Source of the DNA: Clostridia bacterium
GTDB taxonomy: Bacteria > Bacillota > Clostridia > Oscillospirales > CAG-272
Direction of reading: 5' to 3'
NCBI GenBank assembly: GCA_017416185.1
Contig: JAFQDF010000012.1
Location: forward strand, 32,965 to 96,964
Length of the DNA stretch: 64,000 bases
Positions 9,439 through 20,759 of this stretch are shown piece after piece. The notes below the pieces were generated by a model. It was not told where the DNA came from and ran no database searches. It saw only the letters and a list, made by a program, of their open reading frames with translations. Both the position numbers and the translations under genes were made by a program. The number at the start of each line of letters is the position of its first letter. The first letter of the stretch is position 1.

Positions 9439-12400
9439 TTAGCCAACTACTACGGTGTAATAAGCGTAGTCGTTTTCAACAGTCTGGAGTACGAATGTGT
9501 ATGTACCGGAAGCAAGCTCACCTGTCCATACGCCGTCAACAGTCTGTGCGGGCTTGATGTTTACACAGTCAGGAGCTCTCTTGATCTGACCGGAGGTCTC
9601 ATACTCGCCCTTAGCGTAACGGAGTACGTAGAAATCGGTAAGACCAGCGATGGAAACTGTGTTGCCGTCAACAGCTATCTCAGTCTTTAAGCCGAGATCG
9701 CAGTTTACAACTTCGCGTACAACAGTACCGTCGTTAAGTCTGATGTATACTGTGTAGATACCGTCTACTGCAGGTCTGTAGGTCCACTTGCCGTCTACGA
9801 TCTTTGCAGATGTGGAGTAGAGGTGGTAAACCATGTTAGCCTTAACATCTCTGTACTCGGAAACATCGCCGGAAGCAATGAAGATATCCTTAACGAGATC
9901 GGAATCGATCGCGTTAACAGTGATAACGTTCTTTCTTACAGAAGCTGCAACAGAAGTTACAACGTACTTGATAACAGTGTTATCGGAGAATCTAACGAGG
10001 ATTGTGTACTTACCTGTAGTACCAACATCGTAGGAGAATACGCCGTTTTCGTCGATTCTGTTAGAACCAGCCTTTGCACGGAAGATGTAGTCAGCCTTAA
10101 CCTCTGCATAAGAGGTCTTTTCACCAGCGGAGATCCAAGCATCAACGAAGTTTTCGCCGATAAGACCTGTGATGGTGATTACTGTACCCTTAGCGGATAC
10201 GGTTACGTCATATTCGGGAACTACGGGCTCTTCAAGAGCGGGAATCTCGCGGGTCTCAGTCGCGCCGCAGAGAGTACATGTTCTGGTCTCTTCGCCTGCA
10301 ACGCCTATCTGAGGCTCAACGGTTACAACCCAATCGCCCCACTCGTGAGTGCACTCAACGGGAGGCTCAACGGGAGGAACGTAGTTGGGATCTTCTTCCC
10401 AGAGAGCTACGAGTACGCAGTCCTCGGAGATCGCATAGTAGCCGGTCTCATAGTCGCCTACTGTGAATGTGAAGTTGTACTTCTCGAGGTACCAACCGGT
10501 GAGGAGGTAGCCTTCAAGAGTAGCGGTGGGATAACCGGGAAGGATATCCTTGTAGTTATCGCCTGTGTCGATACCGTAAACGGTTTCGAAGCCTTCGTCC
10601 ATAACACCGCCGTCGGGATCAAATGTCATTGTCCAAGCCTTGGTGGGAACGGGAGGTTCGGGATCAACGGGAGCTTCTTCCCAGAGAGCTACAAAGTAGC
10701 TGTCTTCTGCTACTGCATAGTAGCCGCCGCCGGTAACGTCACCGTCTGTAAGGGTGAAGTTGTACTTTTCAAGATACCAACCAACGAGAACGTAGCCCTC
10801 GAGAGTTGCCTGAGGAATGGTTTCGCCAAAGATGTCAGCGTAGAAGTCGCCAACGTTTACACCGTACTCGGTTGCCCAGCCTTCAGCCATAACGCCGCCG
10901 TCGGGATCGAAGTACATTGTGAAGTCCTTTTCAGCAGGAACATCGGGAACGATAGGAGCCTCTTCCCAGAGTGCAACCATGTAAGCATCCTCTGCAAGTG
11001 CATAGTAGCCGGTCTCATAGTCGCCCTGTGTGAAGGTGTAGTTCCAAGCCTCGAGGTACCAACCAACGAGGTTCCAGCCTTCCATAGTAGCGGTGGGGTA
11101 ACCGGGCATAATGTCCTTATACTCGTCGCCGGTGTTGAAGTAGTAGTGATACTCAAAGCCTTCGTCAAGAATACCGCCGTCGGGATCGAATGTAAGAACC
11201 CAAGACTTATCATCGGGCTTTACAGGATCGGGAATGGGCTGAGGTTCGGGCTTATCGGGAACGGGAGGAGCTACGGGAGCCTCTTCCCAAAGTGCTACAA
11301 AGTAGCTGTCTTCTGCTACTGCATAGTAGCCGCCGCCGGTAACGTCACCGTCTGTAAGGGTGAAGTTATACTTCTCAAGGTACCAACCAACGAGAACGTA
11401 GCCCTCGAGAGTTGCCTGAGGAATGGTTTCACCAAAGATGTCAGCGTAGAAGTCGCCAACGTTTACACCGTACTCGGTAGGACCAACCATCTCACCACCG
11501 TCGGGATCGAAGTACATTGTGAAGTCCTTGCCGGAAGGATCGGGAGTAGGTTCGTCGGGAACTACGGGAGCTTCTTCCCAGAGAGCTACGAGAGTGCAGT
11601 CCTCGGAAAGTGCATAGTAGCCGGTCTCATAGTCACCTGTTGTGAAGGTGAAGTTATAAGCCTCGAGGTACCAGCCTGCGATAACGAAGCCTTCAAGAGT
11701 AGCGGTAGGATAACCGGGCATAATATCAACATAAGCATCACCGGTATTGAAGTAATACTTAGTCTTGAAGCCTTCATCCATAACACCGCCGTCAGGATCA
11801 AGAGTCATAGTCCAGCTCTTGTCAGCGGGCTTAACGTCTTCATCATCGGGAGTAGGATCGGGATCAACGGGAGGAGCTACGGGAGCTTCTTCCCAGAGAG
11901 CTACGAAGTAGCTGTCTTCTGCTACTGCATAGTAACCGCCGCCGGTAACGTCACCGTCGGTAAGTGTGAAGTTATACTTCTCAAGGTACCAGCCTACGAG
12001 AACGTAACCCTCAAGAGTAGCCTGAGGAATAGTGTCGCCAAAGATATCCTTGTAGAAGTCACCCATGTTGATGCCGTACTCGGTAGGACCAACCATCTCA
12101 CCGCCGTCGGGATCGAAGTACATTGTCCAATCCTTAACAACGGGTTCAGGATCGGGTGTAGGATCGGGATCGGGTGTGGGGTCAACTACGGGAGCTTCTT
12201 CCCACATTGCTACGAATGTGATGTCCTCGGCAACTGCAAAGTATGCAGATTCAGACATGTCGAGAACGTAGTTGTACTTCTCGTTGTACCAACCAACAAG
12301 GTTGTAGCCTTCGAGAGTAGCCTGAGGCATTTCGCCAATTACATCAACATAGAAATCGCCTGTGTTGATCTGATAGGTGGTGGGACCAACCATCTCACCG

Positions 12401-12516
12401 CCATCGGGGTCGAATGTTATTGTCCATGCGCCTGCAGCAGAGTTCATGAACGCCATAGAGGGAACGATCATCATAACTACGAGAACGATAGCCAATAATC
12501 TCTTTGTGAGTTTCAT
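9439..12516 (-). CDS. Secreted repeat protein: eight Listeria-Bacteroides (InlB B / Flg_new-type) repeats, one Cys/His bead and three C-terminal ~85-aa repeats
   Basis: Signal peptide MKLTKRLLAIVLVVMMIVPSMAFMNSAAG behind AAGGAGG. Recurring DPDGG...LEGY.LVGWY...LWEE units with Pro-rich linkers. Start moved from 12567 to 12516. Confidence 0.85.
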   Translation of the reverse strand: MKLTKRLLAIVLVVMMIVPSMAFMNSAAGAWTITFDPDGGEMVGPTTYQINTGDFYVDVIGEMPQATLEGYNLVGWYNEKYNYVLDMSESAYFAVAEDITFVAMWEEAPVVDPTPDPDPTPDPEPVVKDWTMYFDPDGGEMVGPTEYGINMGDFYKDIFGDTIPQATLEGYVLVGWYLEKYNFTLTDGDVTGGGYYAVAEDSYFVALWEEAPVAPPVDPDPTPDDEDVKPADKSWTMTLDPDGGVMDEGFKTKYYFNTGDAYVDIMPGYPTATLEGFVIAGWYLEAYNFTFTTGDYETGYYALSEDCTLVALWEEAPVVPDEPTPDPSGKDFTMYFDPDGGEMVGPTEYGVNVGDFYADIFGETIPQATLEGYVLVGWYLEKYNFTLTDGDVTGGGYYAVAEDSYFVALWEEAPVAPPVPDKPEPQPIPDPVKPDDKSWVLTFDPDGGILDEGFEYHYYFNTGDEYKDIMPGYPTATMEGWNLVGWYLEAWNYTFTQGDYETGYYALAEDAYMVALWEEAPIVPDVPAEKDFTMYFDPDGGVMAEGWATEYGVNVGDFYADIFGETIPQATLEGYVLVGWYLEKYNFTLTDGDVTGGGYYAVAEDSYFVALWEEAPVDPEPPVPTKAWTMTFDPDGGVMDEGFETVYGIDTGDNYKDILPGYPTATLEGYLLTGWYLEKYNFTFTVGDYETGYYAISEDCVLVALWEEDPNYVPPVEPPVECTHEWGDWVVTVEPQIGVAGEETRTCTLCGATETREIPALEEPVVPEYDVTVSAKGTVITITGLIGENFVDAWISAGEKTSYAEVKADYIFRAKAGSNRIDENGVFSYDVGTTGKYTILVRFSDNTVIKYVVTSVAASVRKNVITVNAIDSDLVKDIFIASGDVSEYRDVKANMVYHLYSTSAKIVDGKWTYRPAVDGIYTVYIRLNDGTVVREVVNCDLGLKTEIAVDGNTVSIAGLTDFYVLRYAKGEYETSGQIKRAPDCVNIKPAQTVDGVWTGELASGTYTFVLQTVENDYAYYTVVVG
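10689..12080. repeat. Intragenic direct repeats with a period of about 608 bp
   Basis: A ~183-nt block at 10689-10871 recurs at 11297-11479 with about 4 mismatches, and more divergently near 11900-12080. Confidence 0.8.
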
Positions 12517-12712
12517 TAGGTTTTCCTCCTTATAAAATTTTGAACTCATACAATTCGTATTATACATTATAGTTTATTCATTTGTCAATCATCTTCTGTT
12601 AATTATTCGGCAATAATTTATTTTTGTTTAGTTTATATATTTTTTTGTTCACATTTTGGGTAAATTGACAATAAACAGAATGTTAAATAAATATGTATGT
12701 ATATTATTTATA

Positions 12713-12742
12713 TTGACAAAAAGCATTAAATTGTGATATACT
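12713..12742 (+). promoter_or_regulatory. Sigma-A type promoter of the pyr operon
   Basis: TTGACA (12713-12718), 18-nt spacer ending in TGa, then TATACT (12737-12742). Confidence 0.55.
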
Positions 12743-12748
12743 AACTAA

Positions 12749-12867
12749 GGTCTTTAAGAGCGGTACAGAGATGCCGACAAGATGTAATAGAATAACAGGG
12801 TTTTTGCTGTGCAAGAGCCGGCTTTGTTGTATAGTTATATCTTGTCGCAGGACAAGATATTTTTTTG
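12749..12867 (+). promoter_or_regulatory. pyr leader transcription attenuator with a PyrR-binding-like hairpin
   Basis: GGUCUUUAAGAG-CGGUA-CAGAGA-UGCCG-ACAAGAU resembles a PyrR anti-antiterminator. GACAAGAT occurs twice (12776 and 12851), and both copies compete for ATCTTGTC (12839). The terminator ATATCTTGTC-gcag-GACAAGATAT plus T7 ends at 12867. Confidence 0.55.
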
Positions 12868-12901
12868 TTAAGGTCAGTAAAGTCAAAAAGGAGGATTACC
12901 T

Positions 12902-14149
12902 ATGCAGATCAAGTTAAAAAAAGCAAAATGTCTGATAGACGGTAATATTTCTTCCCGTGATATATATATTAATGAAGGAAAAGCTTCTTTTGTCCCTATG
13001 GACGAAGAGGTTCTTTGTGAATTTGATAATTGTATTTTTACTCCCGGTTTCTTGGATGTTCACGTACATCTGAGAGAGCCGGGTTTTTCTATGAAAGAAA
13101 GGGTCGCCACGGGAACACAGGCTGCAGCGAGGGGTGGATATACCGACGTATGCAGTATGCCGAACCTGAATCCCGTACCCGACACGCCCGAAACCCTTGG
13201 GCAGCAGCTTGATATAATAAACAAGGATGCTTTGATAGGAGTTCACCCCTACGGCTCCATTACTATGATGGAAGCGGGAGAGCAGTTAGCCGACCTTGAG
13301 GGTATGGCGGATAAGGTCTGCGGCTTTTCGGATGACGGAAGAGGAGTTCAGTCTGACGAAATGATGAGGGCGGCAATGCTGAAGGCAAAATCACTCGGCA
13401 AGATAATAGCAGCCCATTGCGAGGACAATTCCCTTCTCTTCGGAGGTTACATAAATTCCTGTGCTTACCAAAGAGCATACGGACACAAAGGCATTTCAAA
13501 CGAAAGCGAATGGAAGCAGATAGAACGCGATCTTAAATTGGTGGAAGAAACAGGCTGCGATTACCACGTATGTCACATTTCAACCAAGGAAAGCGTTGAT
13601 TTAATAAGGAAAGCAAAAGCGAAAGGCTTGCCCGTTACCTGTGAAACAGGACCGCATTACCTCGTACTGTGTGACGAGGATCTGTGTGAGGATGCAAGAT
13701 TCAAGATGAATCCTCCCTTACGAAGCCGCGAGGATATGATGGCACTCAGACAAGGTATCATCGACGGTACTATAGATATGATAGCTACCGACCATGCACC
13801 TCACACCCTTGAAGAAAAATCACAGGGACTTGCAAAAAGTCCGATGGGAATAACGGGTATAGAAACGGCGTTCCCCATAATGTATACAGAGCTTGTCAAA
13901 ACAGGCATAATAAGTATAGAAAAGCTGCTGGAGCTTATGATAACAAAGCCCAGAGAAAGATTCGGTATTCCGCCGAGTCCGGACAGCTTTACGGTACTGA
14001 GTACCGACCGAAAATACGTAATAGATCCAAACGACTTTCTCTCGATGGGTAAGAGTACACCCTTTGCAGGTAAGGAGGTCTACGGTGAATGTTTAATGAC
14101 AGTATATAACAGGAGGATAGTATGGCAATCAAATATGACAGAAAGATAG
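12902..14149 (+). CDS. pyrC: Dihydroorotase
   Basis: DVHVHLREPG metal-binding motif, 415 aa, first gene after the attenuator. Confidence 0.9.
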   Translation: MQIKLKKAKCLIDGNISSRDIYINEGKASFVPMDEEVLCEFDNCIFTPGFLDVHVHLREPGFSMKERVATGTQAAARGGYTDVCSMPNLNPVPDTPETLGQQLDIINKDALIGVHPYGSITMMEAGEQLADLEGMADKVCGFSDDGRGVQSDEMMRAAMLKAKSLGKIIAAHCEDNSLLFGGYINSCAYQRAYGHKGISNESEWKQIERDLKLVEETGCDYHVCHISTKESVDLIRKAKAKGLPVTCETGPHYLVLCDEDLCEDARFKMNPPLRSREDMMALRQGIIDGTIDMIATDHAPHTLEEKSQGLAKSPMGITGIETAFPIMYTELVKTGIISIEKLLELMITKPRERFGIPPSPDSFTVLSTDRKYVIDPNDFLSMGKSTPFAGKEVYGECLMTVYNRRIVWQSNMTER

Positions 14150-15222
14150 TGACCGAGGACGGTCAGGAATATTATGGCTTCGGCTTCGGCTCTACCAAGG
14201 TAGAGGCAATGTGCGAGCTTCTTATGAATACCGCAATGGTAGGTTACCAGGAGGTTATTTCCGACCCCGGTTATACAGACGATATGGTGCTTATGACCTA
14301 TCCCCTTATCGGTAACTACGGTATAGCCGAGGAGGATTTTGAGACCAAGGTCCCCACAATAGGAGGTCTTATCGTACGCGAGTACAACGACTCGCCCAGT
14401 AACTTCAGATACACCAAGACCCTCTCCGAGATCCTTGAGGAAAATGACATTCCTGCAATCGAAGGCGTTGATACCCGTATGCTGACCCGTAAGATAAGAG
14501 ACAACGGAAGCTGCAAGGTTTATATCTGCGACGCAGACAAGCCTAAGGAAGAGGCGCTTGAGTATATGAGAACTCACGAGCTTCCCACCGATGCGGTAGC
14601 CCGTGTAAGCTGTAAAAAGAGATGGTACAGCCGTACCTTCAAGCCCAAGTACAACGTGGTAGTGGTTGACTGCGGTACAAAGTTAAGCGTTATCAAGGAG
14701 CTTAACGCAAGAGGATGTAACGTGACAGTTGTTCCCTACAATACCGAAGCAAGAATAATCGAGGGAATGAATCCCGACGGTATCCTTATATCCGACGGCC
14801 CCGGAAATCCTGCAGACGTTCCCGTGGTTATCGACCTTATCAAGGAATTGAAGGGCAAATATCCTATGTTCGGCATCTCCCTCGGCTTTGAGCTTATATG
14901 TATGGCATACGGTGCCCTCTGCTACAAGATGAAGTTCGGTCACGGAGGAGGCAGCCACCCGGTCCGCAACCTGACAAACAACCGTGTTGACGTTGTGAAT
15001 CAGATCCACTCCTACACTATCGACCCCGAAAGCATTAAGGGTACAAGCCTTACGGTCACACATAAGAACGTTATCGAAGGCACTATCGCAGGTGTAGAAA
15101 ATAAGGAAGATAAGATGTTTGCAGTTCAGTTTGAGGTAGACAATACCGTAAGACCAAAGGATTGCGAAAATCTCTACGATATGTTTGTTAATATGATGAA
15201 GGAGGCGAAGGAAAATGCCTAA
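14122..15222 (+). CDS. carA: Carbamoyl-phosphate synthase small (glutaminase) subunit
   Basis: N-terminal CPSase small-chain fold and a class I amidotransferase C-terminal half (GISLGFE). RBS AGGAGG. Confidence 0.9.
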   Translation: MAIKYDRKIVTEDGQEYYGFGFGSTKVEAMCELLMNTAMVGYQEVISDPGYTDDMVLMTYPLIGNYGIAEEDFETKVPTIGGLIVREYNDSPSNFRYTKTLSEILEENDIPAIEGVDTRMLTRKIRDNGSCKVYICDADKPKEEALEYMRTHELPTDAVARVSCKKRWYSRTFKPKYNVVVVDCGTKLSVIKELNARGCNVTVVPYNTEARIIEGMNPDGILISDGPGNPADVPVVIDLIKELKGKYPMFGISLGFELICMAYGALCYKMKFGHGGGSHPVRNLTNNRVDVVNQIHSYTIDPESIKGTSLTVTHKNVIEGTIAGVENKEDKMFAVQFEVDNTVRPKDCENLYDMFVNMMKEAKENA

Positions 15223-18200
15223 GAGAACGGATATAAAAAAGATACTGGTAATCGGTTCAGGTCCTATAGTTATCGGACAGGCAGCCGAGTTTGACTATGC
15301 AGGCACACAGGCTTGTCTTGCGCTGAAGGAAGAAGGCTATGAGGTAATCCTCTGCAACTCCAATCCCGCCACCATTATGACAGACACCACCATCGCCGAC
15401 AAGGTGTATATGGAGCCTCTGACCCTTGAATATATCGCAAAGATATTGAGATACGAAAGACCCGACGCTATCATTCCCGGCTTAGGCGGTCAGACAGGTC
15501 TTAACCTTGCTATGCAGCTTGCACGTAAGGGTATTCTTGACGAGTGCCGCGTTCAGCTGCTTGGTACCAAGTGCGAGTCTATCGAGCGTGCCGAGGACCG
15601 TGAGCTCTTTAAGCAGCTTTGTCTTGACCTTGGCGAGCCCGTACTTCCCTCTGACGTTGCCAATACCATCGAAGAGGGTAAGGTAATAGCCGAAAAGATA
15701 GGTTATCCCGTAGTTCTCCGTCCCGCATTTACTCTCGGCGGTACGGGAGGCGGCTTTGCAGACAACGAAGAAGAGCTTGTTTCCATTATGAAAAACGCTC
15801 TTGCCCTCTCTCCGGTTTCTCAGGTTCTCGTTGAAAAGTCCATCAAGGGCTACAAGGAAATAGAGTTCGAGGTTATGCGTGACTCCAACGACACCGCTAT
15901 AACCGTTTGTTCTATGGAAAATATCGACCCTGTCGGTATCCATACCGGTGACTCTATAGTTGTTGCTCCCTGCCAGACCCTGACCAGCAAGGAATATCAT
16001 ATTCTGCGCGACTCTGCACTTAAGCTGATCCGCGCACTTGAGATAGAAGGCGGCTGTAACGTACAGTTTGCCCTTGACCCTCAGTCCTTTGAATACTACC
16101 TCATCGAGGTAAACCCCCGTGTTTCCCGTTCCTCCGCTCTTGCATCCAAGGCAAGCGGATATCCTATCGCACGCATCACCGCAAAGGTTGCCGTAGGTCT
16201 TAACCTTGACGAGATAATGCTCTCCACCACTCCCGCAAGCTTTGAGCCTGCACTTGACTACGTTGTAGCCAAGGTTGCCCGCTTCCCCTTTGACAAGTTT
16301 GCAACAGCCTCCAACAAGCTCTCCACACAGATGAAGGCAACGGGTGAGGTAATGAGTATCGGACGTACCCTTGAAGAGTGTCTCTTAAAGGCAGTTCGCT
16401 CCCTTGAGATAGGCGTATGCCATCTCCATATGGCAAAATTCGATGAAATGACAACCGACGAGCTTCTTGACTATATCAAGGACGGTACCGACGACCGTAT
16501 ATTTGCTATCGCTCAGCTTATCCGTCTCGGCGTTGACTTAGGTGTTATCTGCGACAAAACTCAGATAGATATGCTCTTCCTTGACAAGTATAAGAACATC
16601 ATCGACTTTGAGCATTTACTCACCGCAAATCCCTTTGATTACGACACAATGTACGAGGCTAAGAGAATGGGCTTCTCGGATAAATTTATATCCAAGGTAT
16701 GGAACTGCCCTGAGCCTGACGTATACAAGTTCAGAAAAGACAATAACCTCTTCCCCGTATATAAGATGATAGACACCTGCGCAGGTGAGTACGACGGTTA
16801 CGTTTCCTATATGTACTCTACCTACGAGCAGGAAAATGAGTCTATAGTTACAGACAGAAAGAAGATCATAGTTTTAGGTTCCGGTCCTATCCGTATCGGA
16901 CAGGGTGTTGAGTTTGACTACTCCACCGTTCACGCGGTACAGACCATTAAGAACTCAGGCTATGAGGCTATAATCATAAACAACAATCCCGAAACCGTTT
17001 CTACAGACTATACAGTCAGCGACAAGCTCTACTTTGAGCCTCTGACAGTTGAAGACGTTATGAACGTTATCGAGCTTGAAAAGCCCCTCGGTGTTGTTGC
17101 ATCCCTTGGCGGTCAGACCGCTATCAACCTGGCTCAGCCTTTAATGAAGCACGGAGTTAAGCTCATCGGTACCGACTTTGAGGCTATTGAAAGAGCAGAA
17201 AACAGAGACTCCTTTGAAAAGATTCTTCACGAGCTTGATATCCCTCAGCCCAAGGGCCACGCGGTAACCGACCTTGAGGCAGGTGTGCGTGCAGCTGAAG
17301 AGATCGGCTACCCCGTGCTTGTTCGTCCCAGCTACGTGCTTGGCGGCCGTGCAATGCAGATCGTTGCAAACGAAGAGGCTCTGAGAACCTACCTCAACAC
17401 CGCAATCAAGCTTGACTCTGATAACCCCGTACTCGTTGACAAGTACATCTTCGGTAAGGAGCTTGAGGTTGACGCAGTATGTGACGGCAAGGACGTTTTC
17501 GTTCCCGGTATTATGGAACACGTTGAGCGTACAGGTATCCACTCCGGTGACTCTATCTCTGTATATCCTACCTTCTCTGTAAGCCAGAAGGTTAAGGATA
17601 CTATCCTTGATTATACAAAGAGACTCGGTCTTGGTATAGGCATCGTAGGTCTCTACAACATCCAGTTTATCGTTGATAAAAACGAGGATGTATATATCAT
17701 TGAGGTAAACCCCCGTTCCTCAAGAACAGTTCCCTTCCTCTCTAAGGCTACAGGCTGGTCTCTTGCAGACATCGGTACCAAGGTAATGCTTGGTGAGACC
17801 TTAAAGGATCAGGGCATCGAAGTAGTATATCCCGAAGAGAAGAAGAGATGGTACGTTAAGGTTCCTGCATTCTCCTTCTCAAAGATCAGAGGTCTTGACG
17901 CATACCTCTCTCCTGAAATGAAATCCACCGGTGAGGCTATCGGTTATGATGATAAGCTGACAAGAGCGCTTTATAAAGCACTCCAGTCCTCTGGTATGAA
18001 CGTAGTAAACTACGGTACAATATTCGTTTCCATTGCTGATTCGGACAAGGAAGAGGCGCTTCCTCTCATCCGCCGCTTCTACAATCTCGGCTTCAATATC
18101 GAGGCTACCGCGGGTACTGCAAACTTCCTAAAGGCTAACGGAATCCGTACTCACGTTATGAAGAAGATAAGCGAGGGCAGTGACGAGATACTTCGCTCTA

Positions 18201-18394
18201 TCCGTCAGGGTCACGTAAACTATGTTATCTCTTCCCGTGATATCAACCGCGATTCCCACAGCTCGGACGGCTTTGAGATCCGCCGCTGTGCAGCCGAAAA
18301 CAATGTAACTATGTTCACCGCACTTGATACGGTAAGAGTTCTCCTTGACGTACTTGAGGAAACAACTCTCTGTATCTCAACGATAGATTCTTAA
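15215..18394 (+). CDS. carB: Carbamoyl-phosphate synthase large subunit
   Basis: 1059 aa with duplicated ATP-grasp halves ([20 protein letters not shown] and [20 protein letters not shown]) and a C-terminal MGS-like domain. Confidence 0.95.
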   Translation: MPKRTDIKKILVIGSGPIVIGQAAEFDYAGTQACLALKEEGYEVILCNSNPATIMTDTTIADKVYMEPLTLEYIAKILRYERPDAIIPGLGGQTGLNLAMQLARKGILDECRVQLLGTKCESIERAEDRELFKQLCLDLGEPVLPSDVANTIEEGKVIAEKIGYPVVLRPAFTLGGTGGGFADNEEELVSIMKNALALSPVSQVLVEKSIKGYKEIEFEVMRDSNDTAITVCSMENIDPVGIHTGDSIVVAPCQTLTSKEYHILRDSALKLIRALEIEGGCNVQFALDPQSFEYYLIEVNPRVSRSSALASKASGYPIARITAKVAVGLNLDEIMLSTTPASFEPALDYVVAKVARFPFDKFATASNKLSTQMKATGEVMSIGRTLEECLLKAVRSLEIGVCHLHMAKFDEMTTDELLDYIKDGTDDRIFAIAQLIRLGVDLGVICDKTQIDMLFLDKYKNIIDFEHLLTANPFDYDTMYEAKRMGFSDKFISKVWNCPEPDVYKFRKDNNLFPVYKMIDTCAGEYDGYVSYMYSTYEQENESIVTDRKKIIVLGSGPIRIGQGVEFDYSTVHAVQTIKNSGYEAIIINNNPETVSTDYTVSDKLYFEPLTVEDVMNVIELEKPLGVVASLGGQTAINLAQPLMKHGVKLIGTDFEAIERAENRDSFEKILHELDIPQPKGHAVTDLEAGVRAAEEIGYPVLVRPSYVLGGRAMQIVANEEALRTYLNTAIKLDSDNPVLVDKYIFGKELEVDAVCDGKDVFVPGIMEHVERTGIHSGDSISVYPTFSVSQKVKDTILDYTKRLGLGIGIVGLYNIQFIVDKNEDVYIIEVNPRSSRTVPFLSKATGWSLADIGTKVMLGETLKDQGIEVVYPEEKKRWYVKVPAFSFSKIRGLDAYLSPEMKSTGEAIGYDDKLTRALYKALQSSGMNVVNYGTIFVSIADSDKEEALPLIRRFYNLGFNIEATAGTANFLKANGIRTHVMKKISEGSDEILRSIRQGHVNYVISSRDINRDSHSSDGFEIRRCAAENNVTMFTALDTVRVLLDVLEETTLCISTIDS

Positions 18395-18395
18395 T

Positions 18396-19133
18396 ATGAC
18401 AAAAGGTATTTATACGATTTTAGAAAACAGAGCTCTCACCCCGGACGTATATCTTATGCGTCTGGCGGGTGACACCTCGGCTCTTACAAATCCCGGACAG
18501 TTTATAAATATTGCCCTTGACGGCTTTTATCTTCGCAGACCTATCTCGGTATGTGATTATAACGACAGGGAGATAACCATTATCTACAAGGTAGTGGGTC
18601 GCGGAACGGAGAAGATGAAGTCTATGACCGAAGGTCAGACCCTTGACGTACTCTGCGGCCTGGGTAACGGCTTTGATACAGCAAAATGCGGCGATAAGCC
18701 TGTAGTCGTAGGCGGCGGCGTTGGTGTTCCGCCTATGTACGGACTTGCCAAGGCTCTTATAGCACAGGGTAAGGAAGTTACTGCTATACTCGGCTTCAAT
18801 ACCGCAAGTGAGTTATTCTATAAGGAAGAATTTGAAGCACTCGGTTGCAAGGTCATCGTTACAACAGTTGACGGCTCCGAAGGTACAAAGGGATTTGTTA
18901 CCAACGCTCTTCCGGAGATAGAATATACAGACTATTCTGCCTGCGGTCCCGAGCCTATGCTCAAGGCACTTTACAATGCTACAGACAAAAAAGGTCAGCT
19001 CTCCTTTGAGGAAAGAATGGGTTGCGGCTTTGGTGCCTGTATGGGCTGCAGCTGTAAGACCATATACGGCAATAAGCGTATCTGCAAGGAAGGACCCGTC
19101 CTTGTAAGCGATGAAATACTGTGGGAGAAATAG
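18396..19133 (+). CDS. pyrK: Dihydroorotate dehydrogenase B electron-transfer subunit
   Basis: FNR-like fold with a C-terminal 2Fe-2S motif, CGFGACMGCSC. Confidence 0.9.
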   Translation: MTKGIYTILENRALTPDVYLMRLAGDTSALTNPGQFINIALDGFYLRRPISVCDYNDREITIIYKVVGRGTEKMKSMTEGQTLDVLCGLGNGFDTAKCGDKPVVVGGGVGVPPMYGLAKALIAQGKEVTAILGFNTASELFYKEEFEALGCKVIVTTVDGSEGTKGFVTNALPEIEYTDYSACGPEPMLKALYNATDKKGQLSFEERMGCGFGACMGCSCKTIYGNKRICKEGPVLVSDEILWEK

Positions 19134-19142
19134 GAGGCTGCT

Positions 19143-20054
19143 ATGAAAGATCTGAAAGTAAATCTGTCAGGTTGGGAGCTTGACAACCCTATCATTCCCG
19201 CCAGCGGCACCTTCGGTTTCGGCTATGAGTTTGCCGAGTTATATGACATAAACATTCTCGGCTCATTCTCCTTTAAGGGAACCACAAAGGATCCCCGCTT
19301 CGGTAATCCTACCCCCAGAATTGCAGAATGTAATATGGGTATGATCAACTCGGTCGGTCTTCAGAATCCCGGTGTTGAAAAGGTCATCTCCGAAGAGCTT
19401 CCCAAAATGAGGAAGGTATTTAACAAAAAGGTTGTGGCAAACGTCAGCGGTTTTTCGGTTGACGAATATGTCTATACCTGCGAGAAGATCGACAAAGAGC
19501 CTGACGTAGGCATAATCGAGGTAAACATAAGCTGTCCCAACGTTCATAACGGCGGTATGGCTTTCGGTACCTCCTGCGAAAATGCGGCTGCGGTAACAAA
19601 GGCCGTTAAGGCTGTCACCACAAAGCCTGTATATATTAAATTAAGCCCCAACGTAACTGATATCGTTTCCATCGCAAAGGCTTGCGAGGAGGCGGGAGCA
19701 GACGGTATCTCTATGATAAATACTCTTCTCGGTATGAGAGTGGATCTTCGCACAAAGAAGCCTGTTGTGGCAAACAAGATGGGCGGTTTTTCCGGCTCTG
19801 CGATACTTCCCGTGGCACTTCGTATGGTATATCAGGTATACGAGGCTGTCAATATTCCGATCATCGGTATGGGCGGTGTAAGCTGTGCCGAGGACGTAAT
19901 CGAAATGATGCTCTGCGGAGCAACTGCGGTTCAGGTAGGTGCGGCAAACCTCGTTAACCCCTACGCTTGCCGTGATATTATCGAGGATCTTCCCCGTGTA
20001 ATGGAAAAATATAAAATAGAAAAATTATCAGATATAATAGGAGGCGCACACTGA
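19143..20054 (+). CDS. pyrD: Dihydroorotate dehydrogenase B catalytic subunit
   Basis: Class 1B DHODH motifs (IPASGTFG, NISCPN, GGV). 303 aa. Confidence 0.9.
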   Translation: MKDLKVNLSGWELDNPIIPASGTFGFGYEFAELYDINILGSFSFKGTTKDPRFGNPTPRIAECNMGMINSVGLQNPGVEKVISEELPKMRKVFNKKVVANVSGFSVDEYVYTCEKIDKEPDVGIIEVNISCPNVHNGGMAFGTSCENAAAVTKAVKAVTTKPVYIKLSPNVTDIVSIAKACEEAGADGISMINTLLGMRVDLRTKKPVVANKMGGFSGSAILPVALRMVYQVYEAVNIPIIGMGGVSCAEDVIEMMLCGATAVQVGAANLVNPYACRDIIEDLPRVMEKYKIEKLSDIIGGAH

Positions 20055-20752
20055 TGGGACGCGACGTTATTATTGCCTGTGACTTTTCGTCAGAGGAAGC
20101 AACATTAAAGTTTCTTGACAACTTCAAGGAAGAAAAGCCCTATGTTAAGATAGGTATGGAGCTCTACTATGCGGCAGGTGCCGATATGGTAAGAAAATTA
20201 AAGGAAAGAGGTCACAAGATATTCCTCGATCTCAAGCTCCACGATATTCCCAACACAGTTAAAAAGTCTATGGCTGTTCTTTCCAGCCTTAACGTAGATA
20301 TGTGTAACCTCCACGCAAGCGGCACCATCGCTATGATGGAGGCGGCTCTTGAGGGTCTGACCAGACCCGACGGCACACGCCCTCTGCTTATCGCAGTTAC
20401 TCAGCTTACCTCCACAAGCCAGGAGAGAATGACAAACGATCTGCTTATTGACAAGCCTATCGACGAGGTAGTTATGCACTATGCTCACAACGCAAAGCTT
20501 GCAGGTCTTGACGGTGTTGTTTGCTCACCCCTTGAGGCTGGTAAGGTCAAGGAAAAGTGCGGCAAGGAATTTTTGACCGTTACTCCCGGTGTACGTTTTG
20601 CTGACGGTGACATCGGCGACCAGGTTCGTGTAACCACCCCTGCAAAAGCTAAAGAAATAGGCTCCGACTATATCGTTGTGGGCAGACCTATCACAGCAGC
20701 AGAGGACCCCGTTGCGGCATACAGAAGATGCGTTAAAGAATTTATAGACTAA
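20054..20752 (+). CDS. pyrF: Orotidine 5'-phosphate decarboxylase
   Basis: KIFLDLKLHDIPNT motif. 232 aa. Confidence 0.9.
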   Translation: MGRDVIIACDFSSEEATLKFLDNFKEEKPYVKIGMELYYAAGADMVRKLKERGHKIFLDLKLHDIPNTVKKSMAVLSSLNVDMCNLHASGTIAMMEAALEGLTRPDGTRPLLIAVTQLTSTSQERMTNDLLIDKPIDEVVMHYAHNAKLAGLDGVVCSPLEAGKVKEKCGKEFLTVTPGVRFADGDIGDQVRVTTPAKAKEIGSDYIVVGRPITAAEDPVAAYRRCVKEFID

Positions 20753-20759
20753 GGAGAAT

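Noticed and set aside
9823-12498. 891-aa plus-strand ORF
   Set aside because: It lies entirely antisense to the repeat-protein gene, which has a signal peptide, an RBS and recognisable domains. Its translation is low-complexity (V/G/N/C-rich) with no motifs and no RBS. It is a shadow ORF created by the repeat codon structure.
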